Assembly: GCA_012295275.1 (NCBI GenBank)
Contig: CM022672.1
Coordinates: 9,734,001-9,798,000, forward strand
Length of the DNA: 64,000 nucleotides
Direction: 5' to 3'
Source of the DNA: Chrysomallon squamiferum
Lineage: Eukaryota; Animalia; Mollusca
This document shows positions 15,001 to 26,034 of the stretch, in pieces. Each line of letters opens with the position of its first letter. Positions within the stretch are counted from its first letter, which is position 1. A program made the position numbers and the translations under genes. The notes beneath the pieces are model-generated. The model had not been told where the DNA came from, ran no database searches, and was given only the letters and a program-made list of their open reading frames with translations.

Positions 15001-15770
15001 TTCACTGATATATTTAGAGTTGCAGCCCTTATGTGAGAGGTTTTCACTGATATATTTAGAGTTACAGCCCTTATGTGAGAGGTGTTCACCGATATATTTA
15101 GAGTTACAGCCCTTATGTGAGATGTGTTCACCGATATATTTAGAGTTACAGCCCTTATGTGAGAGGTGTTCACCGATATATTTAGAGTTACATCCCTTAT
15201 GTGAGATGTGTTCATCGATATATTTAGAGTTACAGCCCTTATGTGAGATGTGTTCCCCGATTTACACAGAGTTACAGCCCTCATGTGAGAGGTGTTCATC
15301 GATATATTTAGAGTTACAGCCCTTATGTGAGATGTGTTCACCGATATAAATAGAGTTACAGCCCTTATGTGAGAGGTGTTCACCGATATATTTTGAGCTA
15401 CAGCCCTTATGTTAGAGGTGTTCACCGATATAAATAGAGTTACCGCCCTTATGTGAGGTGTTCACCGATGTAAGTAGTTACCGCCCTTATGTGAGAGGTG
15501 TTCACCGATATAAATAGAGTTACCACCATTATGAACATACATAATTAGAGCAGTTTTGTACATTTGTAAAAGTCAATTTCTTCTTCTTTTTGGTTACTAT
15601 GCAAAAGCATTTAAATGCCAGTTTTAATGACATAAGTTAAAATACAATTAAATAGTTAATAGAGTGTTATTTACTTACTGTGGTCCTTTCAGATTAAGAT
15701 GTGAATGTAGTCTTATTAATGAGGTTTATTTTTTTCATTAATAGGTGCAGTTCCATATCCATATATTAAC
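1..15770. repeat. Compound macrosatellite: ~20 units of (42-bp minisatellite x ~4-12) + ~440-bp constant spacer; runs off the left edge
   Basis: The 42-mer GTTCACCGATAT(AAA/ATT)TAGAGTTACAGCCCTTATGTGAGA(T/G)GT forms arrays separated by a near-identical spacer starting CTTTTCAGCTATCCCCTTCTGTGAGC at ~380, 1150, 1970, 3100, 3904, 4726, 5412, 6056, 6826, 7513, 8367, 9120, 9899, 10586, 11230 and 12000, with more diverged copies to ~15.77 kb. Confidence 0.97.
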
Positions 15771-15795
15771 AGGCTATTTTATGATTTATTTATTT

Positions 15796-15831
<36 letters not shown>

Positions 15832-17322
15832 ATAAAATTAAATATTTTGAAGAAAAAAAAAATTTGTTTTGCTAAACACAGAAAGTATCATATGGATATT
15901 TAATTGTTTGAAGTCTCCAAAGTGATGCAAACATTGACACCTTAAAAATGTAATAATGTTGTTTTCGTCTTATGAATGTGCATTTATTTATTCATGTAGG
16001 CATACCATCAATTGCAAAATATTTCGTATTGTCCTTGATGTTAGTTCTATAAACAAACGAACTGCATACTTTAAATTTAATTAAAATAGAAAGTGGTCCC
16101 AAATGAGTTTGAACTTTAAAGTTGTTCTTCGTAGTGAATGTATTCAAACAAATAACTGCGAGTCCCAGAATTCATAAATAATGTAATAACCTGTCTGGTA
16201 TAAAAATAAATTACTATAAATATGTTATCTAAAACTGCTTTTTTATAATTCATCATATTGAATGTTGATAGAAATTAAAATAAAACTGTACAAAATCTGA
16301 AGTTTGGAATCTTTTGATGTCTCTTAAAGAAATTAAATAACACTAAAAGTAATAAATATGAGATTAAAATTTAATTTTATGTTTAATAACAGTATCTGTT
16401 TCAAACAAAATATCTTCCATTAACATTCAGTTTGACAAGTTAAATATCAATCTCTACAGCAGGTCATACATTCTGCAATAAACCTAATGAAATCTAATTT
16501 GTATATAATTAAAATATTAATTTAAATGTCATAACATTCATCATAAAACTTGGTGATACAATGTAAGCTTCTTTCCTCACTGACAGAATTAGCAAATAAA
16601 TAATTTAGTAAATTGTTCATGAGCACTCTAGATGGAGCAAGTGAAAAAGTGTATCCATTAGAATAGTTCAGCAAAAAATTAGCTGGTTAGTAGCAGACTA
16701 GAAGATTAGTTTGATCTATTCTTGAAACTGGCTACTTTTGAATTAAGACAGTTTTGTTTTAGTTACGTGACTCCATTCAAGTGAGAATGTTTAGAGATGC
16801 TATAACAATAAGTTATTTGTATCACATTGCTCTCATTTTATTATCATGTTTAAAAGATTAGTGGAAGTGCAACTTGCTTTTAAAAAGAATATTCTTTTCA
16901 GAAAATTAAAGAATTTTTACTGATTTAATAAAGATCCAACAAACCCTGCTTTAGAAATGTAGTAATTTTTATCTGATAAATAGTTTCAATCTTTATTTTT
17001 GAACTGTTTATTTTGTATTTTAAATAAGGATTTAGCCTGTATTCAGAAATTAAAAAAATCCAGAAGTCAGACTACATCTTGTTTCCCCAGATAAATGGTT
17101 CAGAACCAGTTGATTGAATCACCAAATAATTTATTCATTCTCGATTCAGTAAACTGATCCACATTTTCTAAAACTGCTGAAATGTGCTAATATTTGACTG
17201 GTGCAAGAGGATGAGGATGAATTATAAGGTTTGAATTATATCTTAGCCACTGATGCATATGCATATATTTATATCAGTAACAATGATTTCTAAACTAAAT
17301 CTATTTTTTGTTCAACTTTCAG

Positions 17323-17504
17323 CAAATCCATGTAAAACAAAACCAGATGGCTACAAGTTCACTATACCAAACAGCAGCTGTTATGAATACTACTACTGTC
17401 GCCAGTCCATGTCGTACTACTTCAGGTGTTCAAGTGGTTACAGATTTGATATTAGCAAGAAAACCTGTGTCCTGGACTACAACTGCAGATATGTAACAAA
17501 ATGA
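17323..17504 (+). CDS. Last coding exon of a chitin-binding protein (CBM14/peritrophin-A/ChtBD2 domain); upstream exons not identified
   Basis: Acceptor ttttttgttcaactttcag at 17322, phase 1. Encodes NPCKTKPDGYKFTIPNSSCYEYYYCRQSMSYYFRCSSGYRFDISKKTCVLDYNCRYVTK*, with six Cys and aromatic spacing typical of CBM14 (C..Y..C, CxxGxxF..C..C). Confidence 0.88.
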
Positions 17505-17959
17505 TGTGAGTTGTAGTTTAGCTACAGTCAAAATGTAAAGTGTTCATTTGTTTATCATTATTTTCTAATACTTAAAAACAGATTTGTAGTTTTTTTAAAT
17601 TTTAATTTAATTTGTTTATATATACTTTTTAACATTTATCTTTAAACACCCCATACACAAAATACAAAGGATGTAATTTACATATATAACATCTATTGGT
17701 GAGTAATATAAATATATAATGGATTTCAAGTAGTAAATATTAATTATTTTAAATCTGCCACTGCCACACCAAATTCTGTTTACTGTCAAAATAATATAAA
17801 ACTGTGTAAAATGTTTATTAGATATTGATTTATTTATAATGCAATTTTATTTTTAACACAAGTAATCCACAATTTATTCAGACAGTCTCAAAAGGAACTG
17901 GTGTATATAAGCAGTGATAATGTCACTGGATGCTTACTTGTGTTAACATTAGTGATGAC

Positions 17960-18358
17960 AGAGTTAATTATACAATGTTAATATTAGTGTTAGTAGTCAC
18001 TGAGTTAATTATACAATGTTAATATTAGTGTTAGTAGTCACAGAGTTAATTAGACTGTTAATATTAGTGTTTGTAGTCACAGAGTTAATCAGACAATGTT
18101 AATATTAGTGTTAGTAGTCACAGAGTTAATTATACAATGTTAATATTAGTGTTAGTAGTCACTGAGTTAATCAGACAATGTTAATATTAGTGTTTGTAGT
18201 CACAGAGTTAATCAGACAATGTTAATATTAGTGTTAGTAGTCACAGAGTTAATTATACAATGTTAATATTAGTGTTAGTAGTCACAGAGTTAATCAGACA
18301 ATGTTAATATTAGTGTTAGTAGTCACTGAGTTAATCAGACAATGTTAATATTGTTAAT
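17960..18358. repeat. 41-bp minisatellite, ~9-10 copies
   Basis: Unit ACAATGTTAATATTAGTGTTAGTAGTCAC(A/T)GAGTTAAT(CAG/TAT) repeated in tandem. Confidence 0.93.
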
Positions 18359-18462
18359 GATCAGCAATAGTATTTAAAATAATTTATTGATTTATTTTGT
18401 TGTTGTTGTTTTGTTTGGATATTGCCAATAATATAATTGTTCAATGGATTTTTATTTTTCAG

Positions 18463-18540
18463 GGATTTTGAAGTCACAAATAAATATCCAGAGAATCAAT
18501 TGTGCTTTTGTTCAAATAAAAAACATTAAAACTTTTTAAT
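18463..18540 (+). other. Probable non-coding terminal (3' UTR) exon of the chitin-binding gene
   Basis: Donor GTGAGT at 17506, one base after the stop codon; acceptor tttttatttttcag at 18462; AATAAA at 18479 and 18515. Confidence 0.5.
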
Positions 18541-18932
18541 TGTTTTGAAAATTACTATTTATCATTAAAAGTATTTTGCAAACATTATCAAATGTTATTT
18601 ACTATATTAATCTTTATAGTTATTTTAATAAATTTTCTATCTTTTACTTTATTAATACCTACAATGTTTTGGGGGTTTTCGGTTGTTGTAATCTTGTTGT
18701 TTTTTTAAATTTTAAAACATCTTATAATGAAATATGATCATACAAGTTCCACTGATAATGACTTAAAGCTTTCATAAAACAGAAAAACAAAAAAAGATGA
18801 AAAATACATATATATTAAATGAATTTTTGTAATTTTCTTTTTTTTTTAAATTTATTGATTTTAAAATATAAAAACTGTACAATGTTAGAAAGCAGAGATT
18901 TTATTCCTTAAATTTTATTCTTCATTACAATA

Positions 18933-20138
18933 CTATGCCCATTCTATGGTTAGATTATAATTCTGCTGCTGGGCAAAAGAAGTAAAGAGTTCAAAATTGT
19001 GTTTATTTATTTGTCTACAGTGCTTCAGAATAAGTAAATCTAATGGATTATTACAAATCAACAATCCATGGATTCCTGAGATTGTTATTTGATCACATGA
19101 TTCCATGTAAACTTTCAGAAGGTTTTTCCAGCCATGTTTCTCTATAATGTGAAACATGAGTTCACTTGTCATACACTGCACATTTACCAAGTGGATTAAA
19201 GCCAGCTGTTCAGCATTCAACAGCAAACATTCAAAGTTCTTTGCACTGAAGTTGGTGCCATCATTACCAATGATTATCATCAGCTTAGCTAAATGGCTGT
19301 AAATCATCTTGCTTTCTTGACTACACAAGTACGATTCATAAAATGCAACAGAATTGAAAGCAGCCATGACACATTTCAAACTTTCCAGTAATGGACACAA
19401 AACACCCAGTTTGCCTAAGTCGAGATCTTTTACATCAAAAACTCCCAGTGAAGTCAGAGATTGGCCAATCTCTTTCAAAAGTGGAACAAGTCCGTCAAAA
19501 AATGTCACATCATCAGGCTGGTCACTGGTTATTTCTAATGACTTTAAATGTTTTAGGCATCTTAAATTTTGTAAACTGTCGTTTTTTGCACCTTGATAGA
19601 AGATGACCTCTGTGATGAAAGGACATACTCGACAAGCTGTACTTACACTCTGAGGAGTAACATCTTTGCATTTGAGACCAGTTGCCGTCACCATTCTAAG
19701 CTGGAATATCTGGCAGCTCAATTCATGTTCATCTTCCTTGCTTGTACAGCCCCCTTCTCCAGAAGCAATAGAAACTACTTCAATAATGTCAGCATACCCC
19801 AAGAAAATCAAGTTTGGGAATGTTTTAATAATTTCAACGGCACCAACATTTCCAATTTTTGTGGCACTAATATCAAGTTTTCTGAGATTATTACGCAGAT
19901 GTGAACTGTTTGGGGTTTTATTGCATAAAGATATGGCCCCAGCATCTGTAACAGGACATGCAAAAACATCCAAAAAATTCAGATTATGACAATATTGATT
20001 GATGGCATCAAAAACACTGTCATTGATTTTGCTGTTTCGTAATAAAAGAATCTTCAAAAGTGGAAGATTTTCAACTATGCTGCATATGTACGTTGAATTT
20101 ATCCATGAACAGTTTGAAAGATTAAGTGAGGTTAGTTT
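18933..20138 (-). CDS. BC-box/LRR protein (AMN1-like), coding exon 3 (last)
   Basis: Acceptor gttctttttcag, phase 0, 402 codons open to TAG. Cysteine-containing/RNI-like LRRs (KLTSLNLSNCSWI, LNFLDVFACPVTDAG, LRKLDISATKIGNVG, LLKVYMESCDQITISG). Confidence 0.9.
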   Translation of the reverse strand, partial: KLTSLNLSNCSWINSTYICSIVENLPLLKILLLRNSKINDSVFDAINQYCHNLNFLDVFACPVTDAGAISLCNKTPNSSHLRNNLRKLDISATKIGNVGAVEIIKTFPNLIFLGYADIIEVVSIASGEGGCTSKEDEHELSCQIFQLRMVTATGLKCKDVTPQSVSTACRVCPFITEVIFYQGAKNDSLQNLRCLKHLKSLEITSDQPDDVTFFDGLVPLLKEIGQSLTSLGVFDVKDLDLGKLGVLCPLLESLKCVMAAFNSVAFYESYLCSQESKMIYSHLAKLMIIIGNDGTNFSAKNFECLLLNAEQLALIHLVNVQCMTSELMFHIIEKHGWKNLLKVYMESCDQITISGIHGLLICNNPLDLLILKHCRQINKHNFELFTSFAQQQNYNLTIEWA

Positions 20139-20510
20139 CTGAAAAAGAACATTTTATTCAAAACATAAATTTAATGTCACTGTCATATAATAACAACATA
20201 TTCTTTGGGGAAAATAATTTAATCAGAAATTATATTTATCAAATAATGCCTCTGTTAATACTCTTAACATTCTTCTGTTATTTTTCTTCTAAAATAACTA
20301 AATATTCCTTAAAATACCTGTAATAAATTTTATGATAGTGGGTATTTCATGAAGTTAGGGCCTTTTTAATGTAACAGACAATTAAATAAGGAAACTAAAA
20401 ATAAGCTGGCATTCGCAAATTCTAAATCTAAATGTATCCCTTTTCTAATCGGACAAATGTTTCTTGAGATTACTTAATTCATGCAAACAACACTGACTCA
20501 AACGTCATAC

Positions 20511-20671
20511 CCAGCATCTGACTCCAATAAGATGTGGAACATTGGCAAAATTTGGACAGTGGCTAAGATCAAGTTGTTCTACACGACTGGTGAGCAACAG
20601 CTGAAAATGTTGTCGACGAAGTTTATGCTCTTCTACCAAGACATTGATAAGTTCCTGGATCATTTCACCAG
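20511..20671 (-). CDS. BC-box/LRR protein, coding exon 2
   Basis: cctttgccttgtag| ... TGCTGG|gtatga; 161 nt, phase 1 to 0; GEMIQELINVLVEEHKLRRQHFQLLLTSRVEQLDLSHCPNFANVPHLIGVRCW joins exons 1 and 3 in frame. Confidence 0.88.
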
Positions 20672-21238
20672 CTACAAGGCAAAGGCAATGACAACAACAT
20701 AAACTAGTAATATATATTAAAAAGTCAGAATATTAGCTATTCAGCCATAGGCATTAGTGACACTGAATTCAGTTTTACAAATTATTTAACATCTGTCTGA
20801 TTCTGTCATAATTTATGATAAATTATTCATTTATCCATGCACTTTTTTCTTTTATAATATAAGATTACTGCTAAAGTATTTATGTGTAAAACCCATCTGT
20901 TTAAAAAAAAAAAAAAATGTTTGCAGTTTTAGTTTTTGTTTAATAAATAAATAAATTACTTAATAACAGTAATGTAAATTAGCTTAAAATATCGATGATA
21001 ATTAATCACAACAACGTAAGCTTGATACGGTTTGGAAAGAATTATGAGAATGTTGTTTAAGGCTTTAAGTTAAGCCTGATCATATCGATGTTAGTATTTC
21101 GGGGAGGGGAGTAAAAATGAATAATATTATAAACACAACGATATCTGCGATAAATATATTAATGTTTAAACACTTTCAACATTGTTCAAGCTGTACATTT
21201 ATGTCACTCGTAATGCTATCATAATTTTTAATACTCAC

Positions 21239-21389
21239 TGAAGTTTTCGAAAGGACCTAAAACGTATAACAGTCGAGGAACTTTGCCAAAATCTCTTTCA
21301 AAATCTGAGCACCATACCTTATCCATATTTCGTGCTATGTTTACCAAACACGAATGTTTTAATGACGAGACTGCTTTTGGTCTCGGCAT
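21239..21389 (-). CDS. BC-box/LRR protein, coding exon 1 (start)
   Basis: ATG at 21389; MPRPKAVSSLKHSCLVNIARNMDKVWCSDFERDFGKVPRLLYVLGPFENF then donor A|GTGAGT (phase 1). SLxxxCxxxI fits the BC-box pattern. Total CDS 1518 nt, 505 aa. Confidence 0.87.
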
Positions 21390-21546
21390 TATTTACAGTA
21401 ACAATCATACAAGTGAATAAAAAATAAGTGATCAACAAATTGTACTGCACTTCTAAGCGAAAAGGTAAACATTTCTCAAGTTCCTATTTCAGTTTTAAAA
21501 CAGAGTAACGTCCCTTGGATTAAAGATGTTCTTTAAAAAATTAATA

Positions 21547-21819
21547 AAGGCTGAGGATCCCTTATCCGAAAAGCTCCGAAATCCGAAACTTTTTCCGAAC
21601 AGCAGGAATAGTGAAATGTTTACGGACTGTTTTTCAAACACTAACTTTATTTTATGCACAAAATTATTTAATTTTTGGTATAAGCTGTATATGAAATATT
21701 AATTTAAAGGCATTCGTATTCAGACTTAGATCTTATTTTCAGGGTATCTGCTCATAATTTATTTAAAAATCCGAAAAACCTGCGGTCCCAAGAATTTCGA
21801 ATAAAGGGTTCTCAGGCTG
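21547..21819. mobile_element. pogo/Tigger-type MITE (Tigger4/Zombi-like), degenerate
   Basis: Imperfect TIRs AAGGCTGAGGATCCCTTATCCGAAA ... TTTCGAATAAAGGGTTCTCAGGCTG, flanked by TA on both sides, with internal AATCCGAAA repeats and GGTCCCAAG as recalled for Tigger4. Confidence 0.72.
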
Positions 21820-21894
21820 TACCACTTCTCCCAGACAAATCCAAGTAAATTAATAAAAATAATAAATATTAATTTTTAATTTAAAAAAAAAAAA

Positions 21895-21927
<33 letters not shown>

Positions 21928-21990
21928 TGCTTATGAATCTACTGACAGAAATAATATATATAATCATTGTATTTTAAAATTGACACTTAC

Positions 21991-22050
21991 CAGTGATTCT
22001 CAAACTGTCTTAACCGCCATATTTATGCAGCTCAGTTTTGTGAGGGTTTT
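21991..22050 (-). promoter_or_regulatory. Probable non-coding first exon / TSS region of the LRR gene, with YY1-like motif and short uORF
   Basis: Strong donor CTG|GTAAGT at 21990; AATATGGCGG (YY1-like) at ~22014-22023; its ATG opens MAVKTV* (22000-22020). The 5' boundary is approximate. Confidence 0.45.
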
Positions 22051-22792
22051 GTACAGATCTACCTTCTTGGTTTCATGAAGGATGTGTTTGCCTTTTAATC
22101 GATTCTGGAATCAGTAATAAACACAGTGAAGGTATACTCCACAAACCGAGGGATAAAAAAACGTCACATGTGGTTTTTAGACCAAAAGTTGTAACGAACT
22201 GATAATCGCTGAACTGTCTAGTAGATTTTCGGTGACAGCCTCGTCCTAATCTTGAATTTTTGCATGCAGGCTGATATATTTAAAAATAACTAGACATGTG
22301 AAAATTTGTTTGTTTGTTTATTAATTAATTAATTTATTTAATACTATTATGATATTATCATAATATCGGCCTTTGTACACTAACATATTACTGGGAATAT
22401 GCAGGAATGACAATACAGCTAGTACTTCGAATTCAGAAACTACAGCGGTTTTGAAAAATAAAAACAAAAAACAAAAAGCGCAGATATTTTAAATAATAAA
22501 AAAAAAGCATTTATTATCAAAAATATACAGAAAATGATAGTTGCCAAAAATTATACAAATGACGTGAAAGAGTAAATAAACATTAATTGTTGGTATTATT
22601 ATTATTATTTCTGCTGTTGTTTTTCCCAACGTACTGTGTTTGTTACTGGGATAATTTGTTATCATATTAACATAATAATTTTAAAAATGTGCTTATATTT
22701 GACAGTTCCCCCGATACACCTCTGAAAGCTTTTGACTGTTTTTTAAATTTCTTTTGAAGCGGTTAACAAAACTTTGTCCCAATTTCAATTCT

Positions 22793-22795
<3 letters not shown>

Positions 22796-22859
<64 letters not shown>
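22796..22859. repeat. (CT)n microsatellite
   Basis: Pure TC dinucleotide run. Confidence 0.95.
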
Positions 22860-22863
<4 letters not shown>

Positions 22864-23792
22864 AATGTTTTATATTATTAATGAAGCCGTGAGTCTTTTT
22901 ATTCTATATGTATTTATAATATTTACATCGCGATTGATAATATTTTTGTCCAAAAGAAAGATATAAATATGATTTAATTTTTAATGAACATGATTGAATT
23001 TGTTTTATATGAAAATGATTTCACTTATTTTGAGTTGCTATTATGAAAAACTATGCCATTTAACAAACAACGCCCCCCAAAAAAAAAAAAAAAAAAAAAA
23101 AAAACAAGAAAATGTAAACGAATGAAGCAGCCTGTAAAATGAATATATCTGAAAATACAAGAAACTGTTGCTTCCCAAATATTTAAATGTACACCCATTC
23201 TCGTACTGAATAATAGTCAAGTTGATTTATGATTAATGGAAAATGAATTTACATTTTATCTCATAATTTGTAACAAAATAAATCGCAAATAATGATGTAC
23301 AATCGTTCCATATTCTTCCAGCAGTAACAAAATAAATCGACATCTTCTTCCTCTGGTTCCCTTAATAAATATAAATTCAAACAATTAAAACCGCACATCT
23401 TTTCTTGGTCAATCGTTTCTGTTTTTCCATTTCATACAAAGTAGCTTTTTGCTTGTTACATATAATATCAATCCACTGTGCATCCACACAAGCATCCAGT
23501 TCGTTCGACCGTTTGAAATAAACGTCAATCCATTTCTGGTTTTCAGTGTCGTACAAGCAAAAGCCGTTCGATTTTTGTACGCAAGCGCCGATCCGTTTCT
23601 GGTTTTTCGGTAACACACGACTAAGATGTTCGATTGTTTTACAAGAAAAGCGCCAATCCATTTCTCATCTTTAATATTAACCAGATACATCAAACGATCC
23701 TAGCTGATCTTCGCCCCCATTCAGAAGTAATAAAAGCACGAGAAGCAATATCACAGACTGTGCCTCACTGGTTTCTTTTATTTCGAGAAACA

Positions 23793-23984
23793 TCACGAAT
23801 GTTCTGGCTTTGAGAACTGCAAGGAAAACTGCAGAGCGCTGTGAGTTTCATGAAGCTGAGAAAGCAGCCCGTACAACAGCCCGAACGTACGTTTTATTCT
23901 CGGTCTCCGGTATCTCAACAGCGATTTCTCCAAAACTGATTTCCTCGGAGACTTTCCGAAAGAGGCACCGAAGTAACTTTGAAT
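23793..23984 (-). CDS. Putative long-chain helical cytokine, coding exon 4 (CD loop + helix D, stop)
   Basis: Acceptor tttatttcag, phase 0; IQSYFGASFGKSPRKSVLEKSLLRYRRPRIKRTFGLLYGLLSQLHETHSALQFSLQFSKPEHS*. Confidence 0.72.
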   Translation of the reverse strand: MQSYFGASFGKSPRKSVLEKSLLRYRRPRIKRTFGLLYGLLSQLHETHSALQFSLQFSKPEHS

Positions 23985-24461
23985 CTGAAATAAATAAATA
24001 AATAAATAAATAAATCAATCAATCAAAAGTGAAAAACGGGGGAAAAAAATAAAAGAAATTGCTGTCTAATTATATGCATATAATGTTCTTATGATGGAAT
24101 TGTTTTAAAATTAATTTTATATATATATATACTTTTTTTTTTTTTCTTATTAATTTACAAGTGTCTTACGTCATAGCAACAACAATAATAATTTTAAAAG
24201 AATATAAAATCTTTTAACATTTACTTCAGCATAATAAAATCCGTACGCGTGGACCTGATTAACTATATTTTTCAGAAAACTGTAGATACAACGCAGAATT
24301 ATTATAAAACCCATTTACATTCCTTAGTGTTTTCGTATTTCTCCATGGATCACTACTTTTATTTGTCTCATTTTGTCTGCTGTGTCTAATGCGTTAGTGC
24401 GTGTATAATATATGTGAGATTGTGAGAGTGCATTCGTTATAAGAGTGGAAATGCGTTTTAC

Positions 24462-24632
24462 CTGGATTCTTAAATCTGAAGCGAGTGCTTTCAAGTTCGC
24501 CGATACCAGCGCCATGCCTGTACAAATCGATTCGTGCAGTTTAACTTTACTCTCCTTACAGTGTTTACTGTAGTCGTTATCGAGTTGTCGGACGAAGCCA
24601 CCGAGTTCAATGGTTGTCTCCTTCAGAAGGCT
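24462..24632 (-). CDS. Putative long-chain helical cytokine, coding exon 3 (helices B and C)
   Basis: ctgtttctttcag| ... ATCCAG|gtaaaa; 171 nt, phase 0-0; SLLKETTIELGGFVRQLDNDYSKHCKESKVKLHESICTGMALVSANLKALASDLRIQ. Confidence 0.78.
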
Positions 24633-24883
24633 CTGAAAGAAACAGATTTGTCTTTAAATAATAACATTAAAATTACAGTATGTATAGAGCCTCGACCTAA
24701 AAATAATAATCTTTTAAACAAAATATTTCGCTACGAATAATCAATCCTATGAGTTTTTGCATTTTACCAGTTCGCTGTTCATATGGTCGATAGGTCGATA
24801 TAGTTTGATGACAAAGAATTAAATTAATTAAAAACACATATCAATAATAGCTTTTTGGATGCATTTATTTTTTTTTTTTTTTA

Positions 24884-24924
<41 letters not shown>

Positions 24925-25094
24925 ATATTATTATTATTATTATTATTATTATTTTTTTGTTACTGTAGTTGCAAGTTAATTTTTCTTTTATGATAGTATT
25001 ACTGTTGTTGACAAAGTGAGCAATAAAATAGTAATTTAAAAATTATAATTACAATTATGATGATGATAATGATGATAATTATAACAACAACAAC

Positions 25095-25141
<47 letters not shown>

Positions 25142-25520
25142 GTTATTCTTTAAAACAGCTCTTGGGGAATAATCATATATACATTTCAGAATCGAATTAT
25201 ACTGTTACAGATTTTAAAATTGTGTTAAGCAGTATCTCCCCCCTCTCTATCGCTGGGAGTTTCTTTAAGTACATAAACACGAAGAGGGTTTAGTTTCACT
25301 TTAAATACCAAACATTCCAGATGTTTCTTTTGAAGAATTCAGTTCTTTACGTAAAAAAATAAATAAAAAATAAGAACATAAAAATAATTATAATACAAAT
25401 GTCAGGGAAAAGCTTTTAGTTTGGAAAACATGATGTGGTTACGTTAACCTGTCTCTTCATTCGAAAAATATGAACATATGTAATTTTTTTTTTTTTTTTT
25501 TTATTATTATTATTACAGTT

Positions 25521-25553
<33 letters not shown>

Positions 25554-25905
25554 TTCGACTGATAAGAAAGGAGAGAATCAAAACAATAGACTGTCCACTT
25601 TCCTTTATATATGCATCAACTACCAGAAAGAACCGCAAATTTACTACAAAAAAACACCCAACAACAACAAAAAATAAAAAAATAACAAGAACAGCTGTTG
25701 AATGAAAGAAAAACTTCCGTGGGTTACGGGGCGTTGTGCTATGCTGCTGTTGTGAAGGACTGACCCTGCAGTATCCCCATTTATACCGAAGTAGAAAACG
25801 ACGACTAACTTAGCAGTATCATCACTGGATGTCATGCATGGCAACGGTTCGAGTAAGCAATCAGAAGCTCCGAGTCCGATAAGATAGATGCATTAAAACA
25901 CCAAC

Positions 25906-26034
25906 CTTTATAAAAGGTCTCTGTGATGAGCATAATTCTTTCTGCAGTGTCTTGTTGCTAGGAAACGGCGGAACTTTCATGTTATCGTATTCTTCTCTGG
26001 CAGCTTCAAAACACGACATGTTGGAAAACTGTTG
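25906..26034 (-). CDS. Putative long-chain helical cytokine, coding exon 2 (AB loop)
   Basis: ttatttttacagtgttttcag| ... ATAAAG|gttggt; 129 nt, phase 0-0; QQFSNMSCFEAAREEYDNMKVPPFPSNKTLQKELCSSQRPFIK. An alternative in-frame acceptor extends the exon to 26043 and adds CFQ. Confidence 0.72.

Noticed and set aside
817-15425. ORFs with (VNTSHIRAVTLFIS)n or (IGEHISHKGCNSKY)n repeats as a repetitive or metal-binding protein
   Set aside because: The 42-bp unit is a multiple of 3 and happens to be open in two frames; most starts are GTG/TTG, units contain frameshifts, and each array ends in a stop. No sign of coding constraint.
1-15770. CRISPR-like repeat-spacer array
   Set aside because: Spacers are near-identical rather than unique, repeats are directly tandem, there are no cas genes, and the context is eukaryotic.
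19354-19989. Several + strand ORFs overlapping the LRR exon
   Set aside because: Antisense shadows of the real - strand coding exon.
23377-23693. Two 94-aa - strand ORFs
   Set aside because: They lie in the presumed 3' UTR, arise from a degenerate tandem motif and have no recognisable domain or splice support.
25190-25350. Possible extra exon in the cytokine-like gene
   Set aside because: No frame gave an open exon with convincing acceptor and donor; the model is complete without it.
25644-25844. 66-aa - strand ORF
   Set aside because: Intronic, has no good acceptor and ends in low-complexity sequence.
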